This document shows positions 8,438 to 18,566 of a stretch of DNA of 64,000 nt, one piece after another; within the stretch, counting starts at the first letter, position 1; the number at the start of each line of letters is the position of its first letter. The DNA is taken from positions 36,063-100,062 of the IMG/VR virus record IMGVR_UViG_2786546882_000003, one strand, 5' to 3'. A model generated the notes under the pieces. The model saw only the letters and a program-made list of their open reading frames with translations, ran no database searches and had not been told where the DNA came from. Source of the DNA: a virus. Taxonomy: Duplodnaviria > Caudoviricetes. Both the position numbers and the translations under genes were made by a program.

Positions 8438-9943
8438 ATGGCACTCATTGACTTGATTAAACACGCACGCAGTGGCAATGGACTCATTGCTACCGCTGCC
8501 CCGTATCTCAAGGAAATGCAAGCCTGTTTGAAAGGCGAAGGTGCCTGCCCAGCGAAACTGTTCGGTCTCGATAGCGCTGATGCCTGGAAGAAGGCTCTGG
8601 AAGAGGCCGACGAGAAGCTCACATACTGCGATCCAAACGGCGGGATCAAGAGCGTCAAGTCAGAGAAGGCCGAGCTGAGTGAAGGTTCGATCCTCGACTA
8701 CGACGCGATCCTGTCGACAAGTCAAAAAGACCGAGACGGTGACATTCTTCGCACAGAGGGCATGCAGCTTGAGCCTGGCATGCCGCTGCTTTGGCAGCAC
8801 ATGTGGAACCAGCCGATCGGCAAGATGCTCAGCATCGTGGAGCAGAACGACCGCCATGTCGTTTGCAAATACGCCGTTGCTGATACGGAAATGGGACGCG
8901 ATGCCGCGAAGCTAATCCGCATGGGCGCCCTTCGAAAAAGTCATGGGTTCATGCCAATCCCCGGCTATTTCGAAATGATCGACGTCGAAAAGTCGGCTGA
9001 TGGATCAATGACGCCTGCCGGCTATGACATCAAACGCTGCTCGGTGTACGAGTCCAGTGTCGTGAGCATTCCGGCCAACGCCGGCACACGCATCTTGCGG
9101 ACCTACGAGAAAGAAGCTTCCGCAATCTTCACGGCGGTTGAGCAAAAGCAGCTTGAGAGTGAAGTGTTCAGCCGATGGGCCAAGGGCCTGTACGACAACC
9201 GTCAGCGGTTCTTCCCTGGAGCCGATTTTGGGCGACTCGAAAAGATGATGACCGAGATGAAAAAGACGGTCGAGGATATGGTGACTGCCAAGACTCCTGG
9301 GCAGAAGGACATGCAGTCCGACAGCCGTCCGAAGTGCAGCGAGTGTGAAGACGGCTATTGCGATGAAAGCGGCACGTGCGACCACTGCGGTCATGTCATG
9401 CCGAAGTCTGGAAAGTCGGCAGGTCAACCCGCGTTCATCAAGTCATTTGACGAATCGGTTGCGATGACCAAGTCCTACGGGATGCCAGATTCGCTGCCTG
9501 GTTCATTCGAATCCGTTCAACGCGCCCTCAGTCGAAAGGCTGAAGACTACCTCGAGGATAACGGGGTCGATGTCGGCGACTACGAGTACGTAACCCTGAT
9601 CGCCACTTTCAGCGACAGTGCGATCGTCTGCAAGCGGAACTACCGCAAAGACTCTGAGTACTGTTACCGCCTCATGTGGGAAATGACCGAAGGCAAGCCG
9701 GCATTTACCGGCCAGCCCGAGAAGGTCGAGATCGAAGCCACCGTGGTCAGCAAGGCACTCGACGCCAGCGGCGCCCGCATCAAAGAGATGGGTGCTGACG
9801 CCTACGCCAAGAAGCTTGTCAGTTCGGCTTTCGCCGACGGCGAGCTGAGCGATGAGACCAAGAAATCAATCAACACGCTCGCGGCGCTGATCAACCAGCC
9901 AGAAGAGCAAACCAACCCATTGACCGCTTTGTTTGGCGGTTAA
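8438..9943 (+). CDS. HK97-type prohead protease with long C-terminal extension
   Basis: DRDGDIL, PLLWQH..QPIGK, SHGF, YESSVVSIPANA; extension includes CxxC..C..CxxC. Confidence 0.85.
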   Translation: MALIDLIKHARSGNGLIATAAPYLKEMQACLKGEGACPAKLFGLDSADAWKKALEEADEKLTYCDPNGGIKSVKSEKAELSEGSILDYDAILSTSQKDRDGDILRTEGMQLEPGMPLLWQHMWNQPIGKMLSIVEQNDRHVVCKYAVADTEMGRDAAKLIRMGALRKSHGFMPIPGYFEMIDVEKSADGSMTPAGYDIKRCSVYESSVVSIPANAGTRILRTYEKEASAIFTAVEQKQLESEVFSRWAKGLYDNRQRFFPGADFGRLEKMMTEMKKTVEDMVTAKTPGQKDMQSDSRPKCSECEDGYCDESGTCDHCGHVMPKSGKSAGQPAFIKSFDESVAMTKSYGMPDSLPGSFESVQRALSRKAEDYLEDNGVDVGDYEYVTLIATFSDSAIVCKRNYRKDSEYCYRLMWEMTEGKPAFTGQPEKVEIEATVVSKALDASGARIKEMGADAYAKKLVSSAFADGELSDETKKSINTLAALINQPEEQTNPLTALFGG

Positions 9944-9995
9944 TCACTACCCGTCGCCGACCGCATCATGTTCGGCCGCAAATTAGGAGATCTAC

Positions 9996-11633
9996 GTGAT
10001 CAAAGTGACGAAGGCGCTTGCTGCGCACGCGGCCGAACATCTCGGCCTCGATTCTGATCTTGCCAAGGACTACAAGGCAAACGAAGACGCAATCCGCAAG
10101 TGCGTTTCGGAAGCCTTGACCGAAGGTAAGTTGGAAATCGGACAACTGCAAAAGTTGATGGAAACGCCTGCCGAAGACGAGGCCAGCACGAAGGCCAAGC
10201 AGATGATCGGCGAGGCTGTCGGTGAAGCAATGGCTCCGTTTGCGAAGGGCCTGAGCGATTTGACCGATACCCTCAGCAAAGCGTTTGGCTCCGGCCAAGC
10301 GGCCACGGGTGAGACCAAGGAAACCAAGGGCGAAGGCGCTGGCGCCAAGGCCTATGGTGCGGCCGGTTCGAACCAAGGCGGAGAATCGACCCCTCCCCGC
10401 GTGAAGTGTGTCTCCGAACTGTACGACCGCACGACCAAGTCGGCGACTCGTCCCAACGGTATGCCGTACGCGATCAAGGGCGACGACGACGGAACTCCCG
10501 GTCGTGACCTGATGCACCCCAGTCAGTTTGACAAGGCTGTGTCGGGTGCGTGGTTGAAGTTCATGATCAACCGCCAGGCCAAAGTGGACAACCACAGCGT
10601 GCCGAACGGTCTGAAAATGACCGATCACGACTGGGCGTTGGTCAAGTATGCGGCCAACGAGATGCCGTTCCTCGGCCCTGTCGGCATGAAGAGCGAAGAC
10701 GACGACGCCAGCTCCGGTTGGGCCAAGGGAACGCGGCTCAACGACATGCAGGTCAAGACGTTGCTTGACGACGCGACCTCCGGCGGTTTGGAAGCAGTTC
10801 CAATCGTGTTCGACGACATCGCCATTCTGACCCCGTTGCTCAACGGCGAGTTGTTCCCCTACGTCGATGTCCGCACCACGACCCGTCGTCGTGTGGAAGG
10901 CTTCGCGATGGGCAACCCTTCGGTCTACTGGACGGCTGAAGGGTCCACCCCGACCGTGTTCAGCACCGACGACTTCATCTCGGCCTTCGACACCAACGTC
11001 CACCCCTGTACGGGAACGATGGAAGTCGGCCTGGACTTCGAGGCGGATTCGCCCGTCGGCATCGCCGATCTGTTGATCAGCCGCTACGGCCAGCAAATGG
11101 CTACCGAGTTGGACAACGTCATCGCGACTGGCTCCGGCACCGGCCGACCGCTTGGTATTTTCAACACGGTTGGGTTGACCTCGCTCAGCACCGCGAACGG
11201 AACCGGTGGTCCCTGGACGATCGGCGACATCGACAAGCTGTATTACGGCGTCGATGCGGCCTTCCGCCAGGAAGCCGGCAACCGATTGGTCTTCGTCGGC
11301 AACGACGTGACCTACCAGCGTCTGCGTTCGATCCAAGTCGGAACCTCCGACCAGCGCCGGGTGCTCGGAATGAGCTACCTCGGAACCGGTCGTCCGATGA
11401 TCAACGACGTCATGTATGCCCGCAACACGGGGATCGGAAACGGTTCGTTGGCAGCCTGCTGCTTGAACCGCTACGTCATCTACCGCCGGGCAGGTTTCTC
11501 GGTTCGCCGCGAAACCGGTGGTACGACCTTGGCGGCCAAGAACTTGAGCCAGTACATCTTCCGCATGCGGGTAGGTGGCCAGCTCAACCACAGTTCGGCC
11601 GCAGTCATCTACGACGGTGACGGCCAAACCTAA
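9996..11633 (+). CDS. major capsid protein (HK97 fold) with N-terminal scaffold region
   Basis: AGGAGA RBS; SGGLEAVP, ELDNVIATGSGTGRPLGI, RMRVGGQL; strong GC3 bias. Confidence 0.9.
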   Translation: MIKVTKALAAHAAEHLGLDSDLAKDYKANEDAIRKCVSEALTEGKLEIGQLQKLMETPAEDEASTKAKQMIGEAVGEAMAPFAKGLSDLTDTLSKAFGSGQAATGETKETKGEGAGAKAYGAAGSNQGGESTPPRVKCVSELYDRTTKSATRPNGMPYAIKGDDDGTPGRDLMHPSQFDKAVSGAWLKFMINRQAKVDNHSVPNGLKMTDHDWALVKYAANEMPFLGPVGMKSEDDDASSGWAKGTRLNDMQVKTLLDDATSGGLEAVPIVFDDIAILTPLLNGELFPYVDVRTTTRRRVEGFAMGNPSVYWTAEGSTPTVFSTDDFISAFDTNVHPCTGTMEVGLDFEADSPVGIADLLISRYGQQMATELDNVIATGSGTGRPLGIFNTVGLTSLSTANGTGGPWTIGDIDKLYYGVDAAFRQEAGNRLVFVGNDVTYQRLRSIQVGTSDQRRVLGMSYLGTGRPMINDVMYARNTGIGNGSLAACCLNRYVIYRRAGFSVRRETGGTTLAAKNLSQYIFRMRVGGQLNHSSAAVIYDGDGQT

Positions 11634-11668
11634 TCGGTAACGGCGGACTGAGCCCATCCGCCGTGTTC

Positions 11669-11707
11669 ACAGCCCCCGGGGTTTGCTCCACCCTGGGGGC
11701 TGTTTTT
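11669..11707 (+). terminator. intrinsic terminator after the capsid gene
   Basis: ACAGCCCCCGGGG / CCCTGGGGGCTGT stem then TTTT; an extra hairpin lies at 11640-11664. Confidence 0.75.
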
Positions 11708-11735
11708 CTGTCAGGAGCATCGAGGGGGATCTCGA

Positions 11736-12326
11736 GTGGTTAATGACTTGATTCGGCTCGTCGCTTTGACAGCCAAAGACGAAACGCTGTACCCGGTTCG
11801 GGTGAAGCTGCGCGATAAACTCGCCGAGCTCGAACTGCAACCATCAACTCCGTTTGAGCCGCTCAAACCTGGCGAACCGACGTCAGTGACTTTCGCGGTC
11901 AACCATATCCTGGCGTTCATCGAAAAGACCGTCCTTCCGGGTTGGCTCCCAAAGGACACGAACGAGACGGCCAAAGCGAAGATGGCGGAACGTTGCGATC
12001 TGCTGCAGAAGCTGGCCGCATCCATCAACCTCGACGTGTTGGACAAAGACAAAGAATCGGTGATGGTTTTTGAACCGACCGTGAAGTCTTCGCCGCTAGG
12101 CGTTGAGCCAGCAGTTGAGCCGGAGGCGGAACCAGCGGCGAACATCGTCGACACGTTTGCTCTTCAGGCACGTGTCGCCAATCGGCTGAAAGAAATACTC
12201 GACGAAAACGACGTTGACGCTACGTCGGTCGATGAAGTCAGAAAGTTCATTGAGTCAGCGAACGTAGACGACATGAAGGGGATCGGAAAAGCAAGTTTGG
12301 AGAAAGTCAGGGCCGCAGTGAAGTAG
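11736..12326 (+). CDS. hypothetical protein with C-terminal helix-hairpin-helix
   Basis: DDMKGIGKASLEKV HhH motif. Confidence 0.6.
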   Translation: MVNDLIRLVALTAKDETLYPVRVKLRDKLAELELQPSTPFEPLKPGEPTSVTFAVNHILAFIEKTVLPGWLPKDTNETAKAKMAERCDLLQKLAASINLDVLDKDKESVMVFEPTVKSSPLGVEPAVEPEAEPAANIVDTFALQARVANRLKEILDENDVDATSVDEVRKFIESANVDDMKGIGKASLEKVRAAVK

Positions 12327-12406
12327 CGTTAGTCTCTCACGACCGCGAATCCTGAATAAAACTGAGCTTTTCGCGACTGGCGAAACCGATCACTTCGAGG
12401 GGAAAT

Positions 12407-13024
12407 ATGGCAAACCAAAACAGCACCGGCAGCAGCAACTCCAACAACCAACAAAGCAATCGGCCAGCATCCGTGACAAAGCAACGGTATGCGATTGAGG
12501 TTGCCCACAAGCGGAACAACGGCTTGATGTTCGGGCCGCTCAGCCAACGACTTCGCGGACGCTGGGAGGCGAACAAGATTGTTCGGTTTCCGATCAGTGA
12601 AAACTCAGGCCTGGCCGGATTGATGGATGCTGCTCCGGAAATCCCTGGGATGTACATCTGGATTGACTTGGAAAAACGGTCGGCCGGTGCAAAAGACCCG
12701 CTGGAATGCACTGAGTCCGGCAAACGGATCATGGCCAAGATTCAGTCACACTACAAGCAGGTCGAGAGCGCCGTAGTCAGTCCGGCCGAACCGATCGAAA
12801 TCACCGGCATGACCGACGATCAGATCAAAGACTTCCTTTACTGGATGCGGCGATCGGTTGATGACGGCCATGCGGTGGCAGTGGCAAACAGCCCTGAGCT
12901 TCCTCCGATGGAGAAGATCAAGCAAATGCCAGGTCGGCGGACGCTCAACCACGCGTTTCCGACGACGAACCCCGAAACACGCCAGTTCGAAGAGCCTTAC
13001 GAGTTCTTCGTTCCGGCGAAATAG
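12407..13024 (+). CDS. hypothetical protein (head region)
   Basis: GAGGGG RBS; 205-aa ORF with phage-like codon usage. Confidence 0.65.
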   Translation: MANQNSTGSSNSNNQQSNRPASVTKQRYAIEVAHKRNNGLMFGPLSQRLRGRWEANKIVRFPISENSGLAGLMDAAPEIPGMYIWIDLEKRSAGAKDPLECTESGKRIMAKIQSHYKQVESAVVSPAEPIEITGMTDDQIKDFLYWMRRSVDDGHAVAVANSPELPPMEKIKQMPGRRTLNHAFPTTNPETRQFEEPYEFFVPAK

Positions 13025-13105
13025 CATCCCACCGGTGTCCCCCTCGCCACGGGATACCCACCTCGTGCTTCGGCGCGGGGTGGGATCAAACAACGGGAGC
13101 AAACG

Positions 13106-13234
13106 ATGAAGAAGATGGCTGACATGGTGTGCCCAAATTGCAAGGGCGCCAAACAAAAAGACGGGAAGGTTTGTGGGAAGTGCGGAGGAACCGGACTTCG
13201 AAACAAGAACCCGGTACGCGGGGTTGAGAAATGA
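13106..13234 (+). CDS. 42-aa DnaJ-type zinc-finger mini-protein (below ORF-track cutoff)
   Basis: MKKMADMVCPNCKGAKQKDGKVCGKCGGTGLRNKNPVRGVEK; GGGAG RBS; ATGA overlap with next gene. Confidence 0.65.
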   Translation: MKKMADMVCPNCKGAKQKDGKVCGKCGGTGLRNKNPVRGVEK

Positions 13235-13995
13235 CGTTTGTTACCCAGGATGAAGTCGCTCAGGCGGTACTTGGCGTTGCTGGCTGGTCATCCATGTCAG
13301 CAGTCGACCAATACTTGCTCGAGCCGATCATCACTGGGGTCGAGGCTGCCATCGCGGTACACCTCGGTTTGAACACGTCACGAACAACGCGTGAAGAGAT
13401 CCTCGCCCTGCACCATACGTTTCCGAAGCACTCGCTCGAGGTGGACGAGACGCGATGGGGCACGGATCTGATTTACCTGAAGCATACCCCTGTCACCGTG
13501 AGTGGTTTGACGGTCTATGCTCACGAGTCCGAGGAGCCCTCATCGTGGACTTCGAACGAAGAGCTGACTGCTGGCACTGACTTCCAGCTGGAAGACGTTG
13601 TCTCGATCAGCCTGGATGGCACACCGACTGACATGTCGATGACCGGAGCGCTGCGGCGACTCGGTGGTTCGACTTGGCCCGTTCGGCCAGGTTGCGTGCG
13701 GGTGACATACACCGGTGGGTTTGATTCGACCATGCTCACCAACAACTGGGAACTCGTCAAGATGGCGACGTTCACCTGCATCCGGGACCATTACGCGACG
13801 GCCAAAAAGGCGTATGGAATTCAAGGTGCTGGAGCGACAGGACCACTTAAAAGCGAATCGATCGGCAAGTATTCATACACGATTGACTCAGACGGCAGCC
13901 GAACACTGAGTCTGAACGGAACGTCGCTTGGCGGCCTGACCACTTCAGCGCGTGCGATTTTGAGCCCACTGGTTGACTACGGGATCTACTTCTAG
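13231..13995 (+). CDS. head-tail adaptor/connector
   Basis: Synteny; VRVTYTGGF and LKSESIGKYSYT motifs. Confidence 0.75.
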   Translation: MTFVTQDEVAQAVLGVAGWSSMSAVDQYLLEPIITGVEAAIAVHLGLNTSRTTREEILALHHTFPKHSLEVDETRWGTDLIYLKHTPVTVSGLTVYAHESEEPSSWTSNEELTAGTDFQLEDVVSISLDGTPTDMSMTGALRRLGGSTWPVRPGCVRVTYTGGFDSTMLTNNWELVKMATFTCIRDHYATAKKAYGIQGAGATGPLKSESIGKYSYTIDSDGSRTLSLNGTSLGGLTTSARAILSPLVDYGIYF

Positions 13996-14366
13996 TGAGC
14001 GTCAGCACGATAGCTACCGGAGATACGGTCCAGATCTACGCGGAAGCGTCAGATGATTGGACTGACAACCAGCGTGTGACTTTGCAGACGGCCGATGTTG
14101 ACTGCAAAGTTCAGATGCTATCAGCGGACGAAAGCGACGGGTTCCTTTCAGACGCTGAAGCTAAAGGGGTCCAAGTGTTGTTCGCGAGCGATCCGAGTTT
14201 GAACTCGCGTTGCTACTTGAAACATACCGCCAGGGCAGATGGCTCCATCTCTGCGAGATGGTTCAAAGTTATGGGGACGTTTGAGGAAGGGCGGCCTGGG
14301 CAAACATTGCTATGGGTCGCCATGTGCGAAGAGCTTACCGGCGCGGGAGCACCGACAGTTGTCTGA
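13995..14366 (+). CDS. head-closure (stopper) protein
   Basis: Synteny and size, beta-rich, coupled start. Confidence 0.55.
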   Translation: MSVSTIATGDTVQIYAEASDDWTDNQRVTLQTADVDCKVQMLSADESDGFLSDAEAKGVQVLFASDPSLNSRCYLKHTARADGSISARWFKVMGTFEEGRPGQTLLWVAMCEELTGAGAPTVV

Positions 14367-14721
14367 CATCCAGTACACGAACCGAAACGCGGCTTTTATC
14401 CGGCGGCTCAAGCGGGACATCGGTCGCAATATGGACGCTACTGGCGACTGGATGGTCAGAGAGATGGCCAAGAAGATGAGCATTCCGGCTCCTCCAGCCA
14501 GTCAGCCTGGAGAGTATCCACGGAAGCGTACTGGCCGCTTGGTAGACAGCATCAAGAAAACACGACGTGGCATGACCATGCGAGTTGGCCCCCGCGTGAG
14601 GTACGCAAAAGACTTGGCGGCCATGCGGCGAAAGCTTGCCCCTGAGTTCTTGCTCGAGAATCGCCGGGCGATCTTCCAACGGATTATTGGAGGGCGTAGT
14701 GGCTATCGACGCGGTTCTTAG
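14359..14721 (+). CDS. HK97 gp10-like neck protein
   Basis: ASQPGEYPRKRTGRLVDSI...VRYAKDL; TTG start inferred. Confidence 0.65.
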   Translation: MSDIQYTNRNAAFIRRLKRDIGRNMDATGDWMVREMAKKMSIPAPPASQPGEYPRKRTGRLVDSIKKTRRGMTMRVGPRVRYAKDLAAMRRKLAPEFLLENRRAIFQRIIGGRSGYRRGS

Positions 14722-15136
14722 CGGGCTAGAGGCACTGATCACTGAAAAGAACGGCAGCGGCCAGGATCTGGAGTTTCTGCAAGGCCTTGGCGTCGAAGTC
14801 GTTCCGCCGTCGTCATCTGCGCAGTTTCCATACGTCGTCATCCGCGATGTCGACGAGACGGAGGAGTTTGCGACCGACGCCAGCAAGTTCCATAGCGTAG
14901 GGCTCACGATATCGCTACTCGTCAAACAGAAGGACGATGCTGAAACAAGATTTGCGTCACTGAAAAGTGCGTTAGCCACCAAACTCGAAGACCCCCAAGC
15001 GTTTTCCCAATACATCACGAGTGATCAAGTGTGTGTCTGGGATATCAGTTTCGGTGACACCAATCTTGTGCCGCGCGACTCTCATATCTGGGAATACGCG
15101 TGGATATTAGAGTTTAAGACCAAAACCCTGCGATGA
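14699..15136 (+). CDS. tail terminator protein
   Basis: FPYVVI motif; position just before the tail tube; GTG start inferred. Confidence 0.55.
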   Translation: MAIDAVLSGLEALITEKNGSGQDLEFLQGLGVEVVPPSSSAQFPYVVIRDVDETEEFATDASKFHSVGLTISLLVKQKDDAETRFASLKSALATKLEDPQAFSQYITSDQVCVWDISFGDTNLVPRDSHIWEYAWILEFKTKTLR

Positions 15137-15148
15137 GGAAATTAAGAG

Positions 15149-15595
15149 ATGCCTGCAAATACGGATGTAGCATCTGGACGGTACGCCTGTGCGAAGCTTT
15201 CCGACGACTCGACATTGTACGAGATCACCGGTTGGACGATGCAGGACTCCGAGGATGACGTCAACTACGTCAGTTGTGAAACCGACGGCGCACGAAAGCG
15301 CGTTGACGGTAACACGGATACCCAAGGCACGCTATCCGGCGTGTTCAACACCGAAAACCCAATCACGGATCAGATCGACAAGGGAGACCTTGTTGTTCTG
15401 CACCTGTTCGTCCGCAAGCCGACGGCCAGCTACACGGGGCTGTACCACAAAGTCCCAGCCAAGATCCTCAGCGTCGATGAGACAGCCGACGTCGAAGGCG
15501 CCGCGCCGCACCGGTGGACTGCCAACTGGGTGTTGCACACGACGACAGCGGATCCGGCGCTGCTGAAGAACCAAACGGTTCCGGCGTTGACTTAA
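15149..15595 (+). CDS. major tail tube protein (module 1)
   Basis: GAGG RBS; EITGWT..D, G.RKRVDG..D.QGTL pattern; synteny. Confidence 0.7.
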   Translation: MPANTDVASGRYACAKLSDDSTLYEITGWTMQDSEDDVNYVSCETDGARKRVDGNTDTQGTLSGVFNTENPITDQIDKGDLVVLHLFVRKPTASYTGLYHKVPAKILSVDETADVEGAAPHRWTANWVLHTTTADPALLKNQTVPALT

Positions 15596-15635
15596 TAGTC
15601 ACAGATCCGGCAGGGTTTACTTTTAGGGGGAAAGT

Positions 15636-16121
15636 ATGAGTGTTGCAGTAGCGTTTGGGACGGATTTGGACATCGAGATCGGCGGAGAGAAAATCTCTCT
15701 CCCGCCGCTCACGATGTACGATCTGGCTCGGCTAGAGAATGCCTACATCGAGCACCTGTTTGAGAAGGTGAAGATCGACACGCAGTTGTCTACGCCTGAG
15801 GAAAAGAAAGAGGCCGTGGCAAAGGTCCGCGAAACTCGCTTGATGCTCAGCGAAGATGCGATGCCGTTGCTCCAGTGGATTGTCAAGAACGGTGAGGGGC
15901 AAGTGGCTGCGTTGCGACAGTGTCTGGAGCCCAAATACCCAGGCAAGTTCACAAAGCAAGACATCGCCAAATGGATGTTCTATGACGCCGTGGACAAGCA
16001 GCACTTTCAACGGTGGATGGTCGTCTCTGGGATCTTGGCGGACCCTACGAGTCCGTCGATGACGACGGAACCGGAAACGGAAGAAAAGACGGTCCAGCCG
16101 GATTCAGCATCAACGACCTGA
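15636..16121 (+). CDS. tail assembly chaperone (G-like)
   Basis: Between tube and tape measure; ends ADPTSP... Confidence 0.65.
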   Translation: MSVAVAFGTDLDIEIGGEKISLPPLTMYDLARLENAYIEHLFEKVKIDTQLSTPEEKKEAVAKVRETRLMLSEDAMPLLQWIVKNGEGQVAALRQCLEPKYPGKFTKQDIAKWMFYDAVDKQHFQRWMVVSGILADPTSPSMTTEPETEEKTVQPDSASTT

Positions 16122-16378
16122 TTTGGTGTTTGTGCCGGCCAGCAGGCATCGCAGGGGTGTCGGGTTACGGCATGCTCCCTTCAGAGGCTTCGCAGCTGAC
16201 ATTGGCGCAAGTCATGAATCTGCTGCGGCCAGCTGACGAGCACCGAAAAGGAAAGCCAAAACGCGTTGGAAAACGTGAGAGGTTGGCCTATCAACAGGAG
16301 CTTGAGGATTTGAAGTCTGCGGCGGACGATCTCCGCCTTGCGATGGAAGCAATAGAGAGAAAGAACAATGCCCAGTGA
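16013..16378 (+). CDS. tail assembly chaperone extension (T-like), probably by -1 frameshift
   Basis: Overlaps the previous ORF in the -1 frame; YGMLPSEASQLTLAQV motif. Confidence 0.6.
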   Translation: MDGRLWDLGGPYESVDDDGTGNGRKDGPAGFSINDLIWCLCRPAGIAGVSGYGMLPSEASQLTLAQVMNLLRPADEHRKGKPKRVGKRERLAYQQELEDLKSAADDLRLAMEAIERKNNAQ

Positions 16379-18566
16379 AGGCGAAATCGGAACTGGGATT
16401 GTCAAGATCAAGGTGGACTTCACCTACCTTGACAACCAACTCCGTCGCGTCAACCGCAAAATCCAGTCGTTCAAGTTCGCGCCGATCCAGCTGAAGCTGG
16501 ATAACAGCCGAATGATCAAGGACTTGGAGCGGTTTGGCAAAGTCCTCTATCGCTTTAAGGGTGCAGCAGAACGTCCGATCCACGTCCGCGTGGACACCTA
16601 CAAAGCCAAGCAGGATCTGCGGCAACTGCGTGAGTCTTATCGCCGGGCGGCGCAAGGCCCGACTTTTCCGACACGCGTTCCTGGCGCAAATCCAGGCATG
16701 GCTCCAGGCAATCGCGGCGGCATTGGTCGTATTGCAGCCGGCGTGTTTGGCGGAAACATTGCATCGAATCTCGGCATGCGTGCCGCTGGAATGGCCAGGA
16801 ACGCGGCCGTGTCGTTTGTTGGTGGCGGCCTTCAGCTCAACGCTGAAGTCGAAGCCTACAACAACTCTCTCGGCATTCTGCTGAAGGACCAAGAAAAGGC
16901 CAACAAACTCTTCCGTGAATTGCAGAAGATGGACCTTGAGCTGCCGGTTGATATCGGCATGCTAGCCCAAAACGCACAGAAGCTTGCTGGTGCGGGGTTT
17001 GATCCGAACAAGATCGAAGGCATGATGCGAACGATCACGGATGCCGCATCGATCAGCCCGATGGGGACCAACGAAGGGACGTCTCGTCTCGTCCGCGCTC
17101 TCACGCAGATGCGTGGTAAAGGCAACATCCAGTTGGAAGACCTCAACCAGATCGCGGAACTCGGTATCCCGATCCGTCAATTGATCCAACAGCAGTTCGG
17201 CATGTCTGCACAGGATCTTGGCGAGCGGACTCGTGACGGTTCGATGACGGTTGACCAAGCCATTGAGGGGATTCTCGACGGTTTCGACAGTAGCTTCGGA
17301 GGAGCACTCGAAGCGAGGGCCGGAACATTTAGCGGCATGATCGATCAGGTCAACGATCGTTTCAAGGCTCTGCGCCGCGAGATGATGGAGCCGTTCTTCG
17401 AGGCATTGCGATCTCAGCTTGAGGATCTGACTGGCTGGATGGCATCGGCCGAATTCGACAACCTCACTAAAAGTCTCGAAAACCTCGGTCGTGTTGTCAG
17501 CGAAGTTGTCCGAAGAAACACCGGTGGTGGCGGACCGAACAGTGAGGAGGGCTGGTTGAACTGGGGTGCTAGGAACCTCACGGCTGGTTTTCAGTTGATG
17601 ACGATGGATGAAGGTCTAGGCTACGCGCCTGGCGATCCGCGACAAGCACGCACCGAAGACATCGACAAATACCTGCGGCAATTCATCCGTGGCGAGGAGA
17701 TTTCTAAAGCCCAGAGCAAGATGCTGCAGATCGCCTTCGAACAGCAGCAACAATTCCAGAATGCCTGGCACGTAGCCAAACGGCGTGGCGACAAAGAGGA
17801 CATGGCCCGCCTTGAGGCGATTGATACTGAAGTAGGCACGTACGCCAAAGAGGAAAGGGCGGCCGAGGCAAGGCAAAAACGGGAAGAGCAGGAATCCAAA
17901 CGTGCCCAGATGACTTCTCAGGCCATCGAGCGTTTTGCTGGTTCATTCGGGGCGTTAGGGATTCGAGCCGAAGGTCGAACCGGCATTTACAACGCATTGG
18001 CCTCTGCTGTGCAAGGGTTCGGCGGCGGAGAGGCTCCAACTCCGATGCAACAGGGCCTCAACGGCGGGATCACGACGGCAATCAACGGGCTCAACAGCGC
18101 CGTCGGAAAAGCGGTCGACTTCGGCAAGAACTGGGGCAAAGGGGCCTCTGAAGCCTACAAAGAACGCCTGATCAACGAAGGCAAGAGCGAGAACCAGTTT
18201 GCTCGAAGCGAGTTTCAGAATCGCCTGGACAAGATGATCGCGGAAAATCCCGCGATCGCAGAGCGGTTGAAGAACACTGAGTTCTTCTCTGAGATGGTTC
18301 AGAACAAGGACGGCACGTTCGATACCAAGTTCAGCGTCGGAAAGCTTGGAAAAGGCGGTCCAGGAATGGCGCAGTTCACCGGTTTCGAGAGCCTCAACAA
18401 GATGCTGCAAGGTCAGGTCGACCAGGCCAACATGACGAAGTACGCGGAGGAGACGGCCAAAGCTGCTAAAGATCTGGTCGATGGAATGAACAAGAACAAT
18501 GACAAGCAGGACAAAGTGATTGAACTGCTCGGGAAAAAACCTGTTGGCATGGTGGGGGAAGGATGA
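16368..18566 (+). CDS. tape measure protein
   Basis: RLVRALTQMRGKGNIQLEDLNQIAELGIP tape-measure motif; AGTFSGMIDQVND. Confidence 0.9.
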   Translation: MPSEGEIGTGIVKIKVDFTYLDNQLRRVNRKIQSFKFAPIQLKLDNSRMIKDLERFGKVLYRFKGAAERPIHVRVDTYKAKQDLRQLRESYRRAAQGPTFPTRVPGANPGMAPGNRGGIGRIAAGVFGGNIASNLGMRAAGMARNAAVSFVGGGLQLNAEVEAYNNSLGILLKDQEKANKLFRELQKMDLELPVDIGMLAQNAQKLAGAGFDPNKIEGMMRTITDAASISPMGTNEGTSRLVRALTQMRGKGNIQLEDLNQIAELGIPIRQLIQQQFGMSAQDLGERTRDGSMTVDQAIEGILDGFDSSFGGALEARAGTFSGMIDQVNDRFKALRREMMEPFFEALRSQLEDLTGWMASAEFDNLTKSLENLGRVVSEVVRRNTGGGGPNSEEGWLNWGARNLTAGFQLMTMDEGLGYAPGDPRQARTEDIDKYLRQFIRGEEISKAQSKMLQIAFEQQQQFQNAWHVAKRRGDKEDMARLEAIDTEVGTYAKEERAAEARQKREEQESKRAQMTSQAIERFAGSFGALGIRAEGRTGIYNALASAVQGFGGGEAPTPMQQGLNGGITTAINGLNSAVGKAVDFGKNWGKGASEAYKERLINEGKSENQFARSEFQNRLDKMIAENPAIAERLKNTEFFSEMVQNKDGTFDTKFSVGKLGKGGPGMAQFTGFESLNKMLQGQVDQANMTKYAEETAKAAKDLVDGMNKNNDKQDKVIELLGKKPVGMVGEG

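Noticed and set aside
9966-11657. 563-aa - strand ORF and other long antisense ORFs (6681-7415, 21212-22159, 36170-37018)
   Set aside because: Shadows of codon-biased + strand genes with no recognisable motifs.
13057-13084. C(UUCG)G hairpin as a terminator
   Set aside because: The stem is strong but has no U-tract; it may be a stability or processing hairpin, and the function is unsupported.
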